Of a stretch of 64,000 nucleotides of DNA, positions 15,201 through 27,200 are shown in pieces. The notes under the pieces were generated by a model, which was given only the letters and a program-made list of their open reading frames with translations, had not been told where the DNA came from and made no database searches. The DNA is from Phoronis australis. Lineage: Eukaryota > Animalia > Phoronida. Each line of letters begins with the position of its first letter. Position 1 is the first letter of the stretch. The stretch covers positions 310,001 through 374,000 of the forward strand of contig NMRA01000337.1 of the NCBI GenBank assembly GCA_002633005.1, read 5' to 3'. The position numbers and the translations under genes are program-made.

Positions 15201-18200
15201 TGATTCCATTTTTTCGATGGTCATATTGGTGGCCATCTTGGACTTTCAAAAATGGCGCCGGTAAAATGGATTTTGTCCAGTATATCCACCCTTGGGTCAC
15301 TGAGAATGTAAGTTTGTTCTTATGGCTAAACCTGCAGTTCTGAGGTCAATGAATTGGAAATTTTAATTTTATTGGTGACCATCTTGTGGCCATCTTGAAA
15401 TTTCAAAAATGGCGCCCCTGAAATACATTTTGCTCAGTATTTCTTTTTTGGTCACTTAGAATGTTTTAATGGCTACACCAACATTTTGTGGGGTAAGGAA
15501 TTGAAAAACACTATTTCTAAAATGATGCATATAATCTAAATGATTTTAATAGCAGATACGAACCCTCAGAATATTTAAAAGAATCACAGAAACGCAGATT
15601 AAACTATATTTACAGTGAATATCTATTTTCTTTTTGAAAAGACATTTGAGACTTTTCTTTTGAAGATTTCGTTATTATTTTCACTGTTCACTTTGGAATC
15701 CAGTTCTCCTCTACTCAATTGGCGCCATTTTTGAAAATCCAAGAAGGCCGCCAAAAATGAAATCAATTATTTTCTGATTTGTCATTCCATGAGGTTTCCA
15801 AAAATGTAGTTTCCACTTTCCCCAAAAATTCCAACAAAATTACACAACAAACCTGACTATTAGCGATTTTCAGGAAATGTTACAAGTTCAACGCACAGTT
15901 TCCGTTGCTTTCATATTTGTTGTCTCTTTTCAAGTAATAAATTGTTACATTTAAAACTGTTTCTTTTACTAAAGAAAACTTGCAACCTAACGCGCAAATA
16001 TATGGATATAGGTTGTGATCCGCCACGTGAACAGTCTGAGTGAAGTATTTGAAAATCTGACGAAAAAATGAAAGAAACTTAGGAATTTGATGCGTATGGG
16101 ATAAATACAAAACGTACCTTGATTGGTGTTGATGAAGTAGTATTCCACTCGACTTTATTCCGCGTACTGACCGAGACGCGGAATAATGTCTCATGGGATA
16201 TTACTTCATCTACACCACTCTCGGTACGTTTTGTGTATTGTTATCAGAGAATTTGCACTTTTGCTATTAAAGGTGATTTAATTATTTTTCACACTCTTAT
16301 GATGCATAACACCAAGCTTCAGTCATAAGTCTTTAATTATGACAGACTACAGAGCTAAGACATAATTGAAATTCTTGGTTAGATAACTAGAACAAACACG
16401 ATATTTAGATTGAATTCTGACAGTCAAAAATACTAAAACAATGTGAAGAGAAAAAAAACTACATTGATTTCCCAGGAATGAATTTGGACAGAAAAAGCAA
16501 AAACATTCCATTAAAAAATGTAAAGACAAACTTCAACAGACATTCCTTTTCACTGATTGTAAAATATGAACTGAAAGACTAGAGCATACTTTATTTAACA
16601 AATACATTTTCACACTTTGCTAGTAATTTTTCAACAAACACACTCAAGACCCAATATTGGGGAATTTCTGTCAATTCTGGCCGTCCCACCAAACCCGTCC
16701 AAAATTCTGGCCGTCCAAAAGATGGATGCTATATAAATCCCTGCTCAGGCCCCGTTTACCTCATCAGATACAAAGTCTCCGAAGCGATCCAGAGCCAGTA
16801 CACAGAGCAACCTCATAGCAACATCTTGCAAGAACACTTGATGGGATAACTTCATCTACAAACAACATGTAGTTGACTATAATTACGTAGGACATTATCA
16901 AAAAATCTACATTAATCAATATTCTACAAAACTATAAAAGTAATTCTATAAAAGTCGACACTTTCTGAAAGTAGAAAGCGTGTAGACTCTCAAATTCATA
17001 CTGATCAGTCATAAATTGGGTCGTATGACCATGTTTTTTGTAAAATTTAGTAAAAAAGAAAAGCACAGTCATAGCAAAGCAAGAGTATCAACAACATGAT
17101 TGAAGTTCATTTGATACCATTGCTCAAAATGAAATCTCAGAAATTCTGTTAGTTTTCTGAAATATTTTCTTTACGTTTTATGCAACTTTTGACCTCTGTA
17201 TATGTAAGTTAGGTATAACTTTACTCAGTTGAAATATTTTGGTCGGGTTGGATGTGACTGGTGTTTTACCATACATTCGTTCTTGATATTAGACCTTCAA
17301 CTCAAAACTCCTATCACACTATTCTCTTTCACAACAGGCATTTCAAAAAAGCCTGAAAAATCTGACATGAACTACAAGCAAGTCTTTCCCATTACAACTT
17401 CACCAGTGACGGAGCATACAAGAGGGAGCCCCAAAAACCTGTAGCAAACAATTTTCCATGAAGTCCTCAGTCTTATCTGGGCTCCGTAAAAAGAAGTGAA
17501 TGAGGTGCGAGTGATTTGAGCGCCCCATAATGCGCAATGATAAACATTGATTAGGTTACTAAGCTTCATAAAATATAATATTTGCCCATGCAAGTAGTTT
17601 AGATGACCACAACATCACTGTCAAAATTGCTGATGTGTTGACAGAGCCCCCTAGTGAATGTCTGCTTACTTGTTGTGATGTCATGCCAGCACCAGTACCG
17701 GCAGTGGCACCATGTGTCCTAAGCACCTCCCTCAGACCCGTCGCTGCTCCATGCCGCCACTCCCATTTACTGCTCAGCAGGTCGTTCAGAAGTAGGTCGC
17801 AAAAGTACTCAAATGGCCACTCGTCAGACTGCAAAACACAGGAAATATGGCTGTAATTGACCACCAAAAGCACAAATTTCACTGTACTCAATAGGCCCTA
17901 CTGGAGGTACTAGCCACTGGACACAACTACTGGAGGTATGCTAATGATCATACTTTGATTATTTACATGCACAGTGTGCTTAAACACACACACTATTAAA
18001 CTTGAAATGACATAGAGTACTTAAGCTCTGTATCCACTGACTGAAAAAGGTTTTTTCCAGCGCAGACGAACATTGAACATACCTGTCAACATTTCAGCTT
18101 CTCATGTCCGCAGCCACTATCAAACTCGAGGAGCCGAAAACATTATACAGTAATTTGAATTTTCATCTGTGCAGAAAAGTGTATCAACCAGAATGATGAC

Positions 18201-21200
18201 ACTGCTTAGTAAACTTTATATACAACGTCAGTACTTATAACATAACATGTCTCAAATTCTACACATTTGCCAATACCTCATCATTTGTTAAGTTAGTGGC
18301 AGCCATATTGTCCACCGACATCTTGCCCTGGTCCACAGGCTGGTCAACACTCTCCGTAGTCTCCATTTTAAATTTTTTATTTACAGGCTCAGGATCGTTA
18401 CTGGATATAGAAACCAACATAAACTCAAAACAGTGAAACATTCTGAATGACTTTAATAACTCGAAATAGCAATCATTGAGATATGAGGGTAATTGTCTAA
18501 ATAACTGGCACACAATTTGGTAGAATATTCTTTCATCAAATATTTCAACATACAATAAATGGAAAATTCAACTGCAAGACCATTGTGCACACCTGTAACA
18601 AAGCATCCCATGAGATCTGTTTATTATTTGTCACAGAGTAGGCACTGTTTTACCTAACAAGAGCAACATGAAATACACCTACGACTGCAACGCAAACACT
18701 GTGCTTCTTCGGTGTTTATTAGTGTTAAAAGATGGACACTAGGTGGCATAGAATATGTCAAATCCATCCCAAAATGTATAGATGCTATCACCAACATCAC
18801 AGAAATTTGTTTGCCAAATTTTAACTGTCAAAATACTCTGAAGATAAAGAGGCAGACGTAAAACCTAAACTTGCCATTAGGTGGTCTGAACTGTACAAAA
18901 GTCGTAAGTAGCCGTAGTTCATTTATACTACACTTGCAAAAGTTCAATAAGATACCTCAAAGAGAAGAAATACAGCCAAGGATGCAAAAAATACAAAATC
19001 ACCACCTGGAGGCATCACACCTGCAACCACACATAAATACGTGGGCTCATGAAAATACAATATCACCACTGAAATTCCTTTCTAAGTATAGTAACCAAAG
19101 AATTACTGCATTATTTACTGAAAGTTGCTCTTGATATTCAAGATTCATGATGGTACATGACTAAATACCAATATACAACGTGTTGAGAATTCCCTCTTTA
19201 AATAATACATCAGTTTTAGTCTACGACTTGGTCATTGGGAAAACGGCAACGGTGTTGGCACACTAACAATAGCTGAATAGCCAGATAGGAGACAGGAACT
19301 ATGCCTTAGGAGTAGACTGAACTGAAACAGACTAACTAGTGACTGCAGTATGTTAGAGTCATGTGAACAACAAACCTGGTGGTGTGAGCATCAACAGTGC
19401 TGGATTCTCGAGACCTCTGCTTGGCCAGCTGTTTTAACTTCCTCTTGGCTCGATTCAGTTCTCTGTTACTCATGTTAGCGTTTGACAGGAGCTGATTCTC
19501 GACTAGTTCACTCACGCACTTCTGCTATATAAGATAATACAGGAAAACACAGTCAGAACTGCAGAAAATATGTATCCTCCAAGTTATGTATTCAGCTGCT
19601 TTGGATTTGGGTAGAGAGCATGACTTTCAGATCTCTCCCCTTCTATTTGTCACAGTACTGCGATGTTAACGCAGGTCACATGACCACACAAGGCTGACAT
19701 CTGGTGAGGATCATGATACACTTGGTGATCACTTGAATGATATGCTAGTTAATAGCGTGAATCTCATAACCACACTTTCTAATAAAGATAACCAAGTCTC
19801 TTGAACCAAATCCAGATACCTAACTGGATAGCTAACTTGACATTTAAAAGGATACCACACCCGTTTTCATAAACAGATATTAAACAAAAGCGTTGAAAAG
19901 CTCCCACAAATGCATTGCAAATGGTGTGCTTTTAGGGTTATTTATTTGTATAATAAAAATGGCCACTAGATGGCGCAAAAACATGCAATCCATCCAAAAA
20001 CTGGAACATGCCATATTTCATAAAAATCTGTCAAGGAACTTCAGAGAAACAAAGGAAAACAGAATAAAATGAAATTGCCACCAGTGGGCACAGTGGATCC
20101 GCCTGAAAGTCGTCGTTGTCCGTTGTTATCTTCATATAAATACACTTACTAAATTTAGTAAAGATCCTGTAGTGGGTTTAGGAGATACAACTATGGGCGC
20201 AAAACAAAACTACCACAAGGAGGCGCCACAGTAGTCAGTCACCATCATCAAAGGTCGTCTTCACACCAAGACAGGGCTTGGAATGACCAATGACAAAAAA
20301 CGCGGAAAAGTTTTACGGCCCAAATCATGCGCGCTACCCAGCCTTGAAATGGTCGAACCGTTCCCCGACAAAAATCGAGAGGACAAAAAAAAAAAAAAAC
20401 GTTACCACCATCAGTAGCATGCGTCTGCGTCCTTTTAGCTCGTCCACACCCAACCCACACATTTTTGGCTGCAGAGCCGTAGTATTTGTCGCCACGGTTT
20501 ACAATCACACGAGACACCATTGAAAATCCCACCACGCTATCCCAGATGCCCCGGCAATGTTGCCAATTTACGTTCCCCCGAAACATAAAGAGCAACTTCC
20601 GCTTTTTGAGGTGACAGTCGTCTGCGACGCCGCGGTAAGAAAGGAATTTGCCGCGGAAATTTTATATCAAATCCGATTTTTTTTACGCGGAAATATAATA
20701 AAATGCGCGGACAGAACATTTGAAAAAAGCAGAAATCCGCGTTTCCGCGAAAAATTCCAAGCCCTGCTAAAAACACATATGCCAATTTTCAAATGATTTG
20801 GTTGATACAGGGGTGGACGCCTAAAACAAGATTTGAAAACAGCAAAAACGGCCACTAGGTGGTGCAAAATACCTCGATTCCATCCAAAAACAGAAAGATA
20901 GCGTCATCACACCAATAGATGCCTATATTTAAAATTTAATGAAAATCTGTTGAGGACCTTTTTAGATACTGAGTTAAACGTAAAAAACTAAAATTGTCAC
21001 TAGGGGGCACGGCAGTAGTTGAATCCGTCCAAAAGTCGTCCTCATCCGTTGCTAACATCATATAAATATACTTGCTAAATTCCGTAAAGATCCTGCGAAC
21101 GGTTTAGGAGATACAGCCATAGGCGCAAAAAAAAAACTACCACTAGGAAGCGCCACAGAAGACAAAATAGTCGGAAAATCATCGTCAACCGTCGTCTTCA

Positions 21201-24200
21201 TAGTAAGCACATACATGCCAATTTTCACAATTATCCTTTGTGCGGTTTGGTTGATAGAGGGGTGGATGCAAAAAACAGACTCAAAAACAGTAAAAATGGC
21301 CACTAGGTGGCGCAAACTATGCCGAATCCATCCGAAAACAGGAGGATAGCGTCCTCTCACTAATAGGTGCCTACATACCAAATTTCATGAAAATCCATTG
21401 CGGACTTTTGAAGACACAAAGGTAAGCGTAAAAACTAAAACTGCCACTAGGGGACACATCGGTAGTCGGATCCGTCCGAAAGTTAGCTCATGCCGTCCCA
21501 TTCATGAATGGAACATATGTGCCAAATTTCATGAACGTATGTCAAAGGGTTTTGGAGATAGAGCAGCAGACGCCGGACGCAGCCCGGACGGGGATGACGG
21601 CACAATGCATCCACATATAAATATGTGGGCGCATAAAAAAACTTTCCCATGAAGTTCTCTGGAACAAAACAATGTTCTGCAACCCTCGACAGCCTTCAAA
21701 AGCTTGAATCAAAATTTGAAAACTTCTTTCAAAAGTCAGTAGGTGAGTTACACAACAACTGAAGGGAAAGAACCCCAATATTCAATCTGCGACACATAGA
21801 GTATGAGTTGGATACCACCTGCTTTTATCATTTAAGTGGGACTCCAATAACAATTGGAACAAAACAGAGTTTTTATGCTTTTAACTGTAACAGCAACTAA
21901 TTAATATGAATACTTAAGCTGTAATTCGCATTGGTCTGAAACTCGTCGCCATCCATCACCATCACAATAGCAACATATCTGCAAAATCTAACAAATATCT
22001 TCAGTGGATGCATAAAACAAACTTGCCACTAGAGGTCGCCAGAATAGTCCTAATGATCCTCGGAGTGGTTTGGTGAATAGAAAGGCAGAAGTAAAAAAAC
22101 GTAAAATATTTTAAATTGCTACCACGTGGCGCAGAACGCATCAAGCCCATCCAAAAACAGAAAAGCGTTGTTGCCTCCTTAACAGAAATTTATTTGCTAA
22201 ATTTCATGAAAATCCATCAAGGAACTCTAAGGATACAGAGGAAAACATACAAAACTAAACTTGCCACTCGAGGGCATCTGAAATTTGTAGTCGTCTGTAG
22301 TCAGTTTCACAGGAACACATCTGCAAGAGGTTTAGGAGATACAGCCACAGACACCGAATAAGATGACGGTAATATACACCCACATATAAATATGCGGGCA
22401 CATAAAAGGGAATTGTTATCACATAAATGAAAAGCTAAAGCAGACCCATAGTACAGTTCACAAACATTTATCAAATGGCCAATGCCCAGATATCTAGAGG
22501 ACAGCTGATGTTAGACCAGTTTCACTGAACAGCTGTCAATCCCCGTCAGTCCCTTAACACCCAAGCAACACTTTATTGCTGCCTCTTTGACAACATACAG
22601 CATGAAAACAAATGTGCACCTGCTGCCGGGGGTTACTGAAGTGATCAGCTAGTGGTGGTGGACTGCTCTTCTCATTCAAATCCTCCTCAGTGAACAAGTC
22701 TTCCATACCAACTCCAATATTACCGGCAATATTCAGACCCAGCCGTTTGGTCAACAACTGTTTCTGCTTTGTAAGTCTTTCTCTAGGCTCTGCTCCTGGA
22801 AATATAACAAAACTAGACTACAGCATCAGGTTCTATAATTTCTAGCACAACCTAAAGCAGCCATTAACTTGCCTGAATATAAACCAATTTTTTGATGTAG
22901 ACCACGTACCATTGTGAAATTAGTCTCAAATTGTTCCTTAGTCAAAATAAAAGAATTTAGAAGATGGCAGTTCATTATTGCTTGAGATCTGGCCCTCCAT
23001 GTTGACAAATCATGGCATGTCAGGCCCTTCATGTTGACTTGTTGCGACATGTCATTTTATTTGCTGACCATGCAAGATTAAAAATCACTTTTCATCTAGG
23101 TAAGGAACAAGTTGAGATCCATTTTACTGTGGTAAAAGGTTTTAAACAAAAGTTTATTTCTTCGAGGTTGCGTGGGTTTACAGATGCTTTAAAAATTAAT
23201 TTCAAGCCAGTTGTCTTCCTAGAGTTAATTTCAAGCCTGTCATCTTCCTTACCAAGAGTAGACTCATCCATGTCATATTCCACACCATCACAACTGAGTA
23301 GCTTCGCACCATGCAGCAGGACTGTGTTAATATCAAACTGTTTCAGCAGTAACTTACTATCTGCACCACCAGATGGAGCCTCTGCAATGAAACGCCATGT
23401 CAGACCATAACACCAAAAAAGCAAAATTAATATTTTTGATGAATAAATTCAGTCAGTATATAGATTATGCACAGCTTCATTTCTTAACTATCATCAATGA
23501 GCATAGACAAATAAATATTGACAAGTTTGCACTTATTAAGCACATAACATGGCCGACAAGTGAAACTCCTACTTTGTCAAATTGAGAAAAATAATTAAAT
23601 TTCCACTGTCCCAAACTGGCGATTTTTACTATAGTTAACAGAACAAGTAATGGTTTAGTTGTATAAACAGGTACTCTAACCTCATCAGGATACAGTGTCT
23701 TCTCTGGAAAATCAACAACTGAGGTCCATAATTTTGAATGAGACTACCTCTCAATATAAGCGACATAACAGATAGAAAACAAGCTGAACTTACCAGACTT
23801 ACAGGCAGGAGATGGTGAATAATGAGGAACATTGCTACAGATAGCCTGGACTGCTTGTCCAGCAGCTATACGAGTCTCCCAGGTAGAACTTCTCAGTAGA
23901 CTATGTACCTGTAGGGGACAAAATAGCTCTAGAAACAAGGCAATGGGATAGAATTATGCCTTTAGTACATTGACAGCAAGAAAATGGCTTGGTCCTGTAT
24001 TCATCTCTTCTAAAATTTTGTTGGACAACAGAGCACAATAGGGATGGATAAACTGTACCAATTTCAGACACAAAATCTCACCAATTTCAGACACAAAACG
24101 AAGAACAAAATTTGTCAAAACCTGATTACTAATGGAATTTTTACCATAAGTTGTTCTACTTGATGACATATACACGGTACAAACCATGCTAGTAATAGAC

Positions 24201-27200
24201 AAAACTTTCCTATCCTTCATTTTTGTAGATATATTTGACAAGACAGATTTTCAAATTGTCAGCCATTTTATGTGCTAAATAAGAAAGACATAACATAGTA
24301 TAACCAGGAAGACATTACCACCAAGGTCAAAGGTCAAGCAGGAAGGCAGTCTCTAAGGACATTTTGATACTTTTTCCAAAAGTAATTACACAAGTACTGT
24401 TTCAATGAATAGTAAATAATGAACATCATTAGAGAGAATAGACCATTGCCCACAGAAAGTCATCAGCTTCTTTTTGTATTAAAGACTGACAATAAAGATG
24501 TAAAGATGTCTTGAAAATGTTGGCTTTAACAAACACTTTCTAAACTACCCATCTGCAGGTCCGAGTGTAGCATTGATGGTGTACAGGTTAGTTCGCATAT
24601 GGAAACATTTAACAGTCTTCCTGTAATATATGTCAAGTTTCTTTTATCCTAAAGCTAATATTATTATCATGGTAACCCTATAGTATCTGAAACCTATTCA
24701 AAAGATGCTGTTTATTGATTATAAAAAATCACTATTTTGTTACACCTCCGCTGTATAGATGATTAAGCTAAGACAACAGTTACCATTCACTGGACAGTTT
24801 GGTGATTTTAAGTGACCACTGACCATTGACCACTAATGATTTGTGGGAGCATGAAAATGATCAGACATTTATTTGTGTTACTTATCTTTTATGAAGACAT
24901 AAATTGCGTCTTAAATGGGCAAAATTCTACTGAAATGTATTTTAAATGCTTTAAATTGTTGATAGCACTGAACACTTGTCCAAAACCACAATCTCATTTT
25001 CACTGAGTTGCTGCTAAAGGGGTACAAAAAGACCAAGACAAAATCACACAGTTCAAACTGAAATAAATGACAAATTGATCAAATCTTTGTGTTACACTTA
25101 AACAATCATTCTTGTACGGTAAGTGCAGAAGTCAACGACTAAAATTTCATGTCGTGAAAATTTCTCCACAGAAATGACAATTAAAATTTTTAGTTGATCA
25201 CTAGCATGGGTTGTACCGTGTAGGTGGCTTGTACCGTGTAGATGGGTTGTACTGTGTAGATGGCTTGTACCGTGTAGATGGCTTGTACCGTGTAGATGGC
25301 TTGTACAGTGTAGATGGGTTGCACTATGTAGATGGCTTGTACTGTGTAGATGGCTTGTACTGTGTAGATGGCTTGTACTGTGTAGATGGCTTGTACTGTG
25401 TAGATGGCTTGTACTGTGTAGATGGCTTGTACTGTGTAGATGGCTTGTACTGTGTAGATGGCTTGTACTGTGTAGATGGCTTGTACTGTACAGATGATTT
25501 GTAGTGTGATGATGTCATAAAACAACATTCGATAAAGTTTCCGTAATTTGCAGCGAGGTAATCAGCCTTTGAAGAAAGGAAAAGTGTCATTTTGTGCAAG
25601 CTAAGAGGACAATAGGCCCGTCCCGGAGTACAAGATGATAGCCATCTCCTTTGTCCCGGAGATAAGAAAGCACATGACCTCTTTTGGAAATCAGGCTTAT
25701 TTTCTCAGACCATGTCGAATCCAGCGAGTGTATAGGCAAGGAAATATTCCTGATTTCATCCCTTCATTAACAGAATGGGTATCTTCAAGAAAGGGAATTC
25801 TATTCGGTTCAAAATTAACCCAACAAACTTGTTTTATCCACTCGCTTTGCATTTTCTTATCTCTCATTGAAGTCGCGACGGCAAAGAACATTACATCACG
25901 CATCCACAGGTGTCCAGTTTAACAAACATTCTCATGTTGGAGTTGCAGTCCACAGCACAGAAATAATACTTTGTTAGTATTGGAAGGAAGATTATTGAGA
26001 AATGCCGCCAAGAAAAACTCGCAAGAAATCGGACAAAAACAAAGAACATGTGGAACTCCAATGGCACGAAAACGAGGCAGCAAATGTGTCTCATATATGC
26101 TTATGGCCTTGTGGGTAAACACAGCAAGATTTGAGTGTCCCTATATAATCTGACCTTATGTGCCCTACAAACCTTTGTTAGTAGATTGTCTAGTTCATGA
26201 GGATGTAATTTCTGTACATCCCCAAGCTGCTCTGCAGCAGACTTCCTGATGACAGCTGTAGAACCTGTGTCCAACAGGAGAAACAAGCGGTCAAGCCTAA
26301 GAGAAAAAATCAACAGGCTTACAAGTTATAAAGACCAAAATTGAAATGCAAAATGAGTTTTATGTTAAAGTACATTAAAGAAACTTCAAAGTAGGAACAA
26401 TCTCAGTCCAAGAGAATGGTGCTTGCCAGCTTAGCTAAAACTGACACAAGTCAACTTTTCTTAGTTCCTCAAAAAACATCGACTCTGAGACTATGTGGTG
26501 TAAAAAAATTGTGAACTGAAGTCATGGTAAACTCGACTCTGTTGAAGCAAAAAAACATAAGGTGACTTAAAAACAATTTGTGAAAAAGATATTACTGTTA
26601 TGCACGTTTCTGATACCAAGAACATTCACTTCTGCGTGGCATGATTACGAAATTCAAAAAAATTCCATTTCACATAGTCGCGGTTTATCTACAAGAAAAC
26701 ACTTTCTCAAAAGAAATGTCCTGGCTGATCAGACAGGCCAAACCTCCTAAGCCCCTTCTGCCAAAATGGTAGGTACCAGGGGGGATACTGGATGTTTCTG
26801 CTGTAAAGCTATGAAGCAGTTGCTGGGCAATTCCTTCTTTGCTCTCGGTACTTTTTCAAACTTTGGACTTAATTAGGCCTAAAACAATTTTGGAGGAAAT
26901 TAATGTACCCTCCATCAGGGAACCCTGATCCCCCATTTCAAGCACTGATGTAGGCCTCCACCAGGAAATCTTTAACTATATTATTGATGTGGCGTGCAGC
27001 TGGAAAATTAAAACAACTCATTGAGAAAACAGACTTTTAAACAATTACGTCCCATTTACAAAATCAACACCTTTTTGAAGGGGCTTTAACTCCATAAACC
27101 TAACCCATTAAGAAGCTAAAATCGTACACTATTAAAGCCTGCAATAATACATGCTATGTTCAGTGATGTCAAAAATGAGTTCATCCAAAAACCTGCAAAT

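Noticed and set aside
19960-21640. Conserved motif with variable intervening sequence, superficially like a CRISPR array
   Set aside because: Eukaryotic intron, intervening sequences are homologous to each other, period ~145 bp, no cas genes.
25190-25599. YTVQAI / VDGLYC / STQYKP repeat ORFs
   Set aside because: An 18-bp minisatellite open in several frames; BTAF1 exons 2 and 3 join in phase without it.
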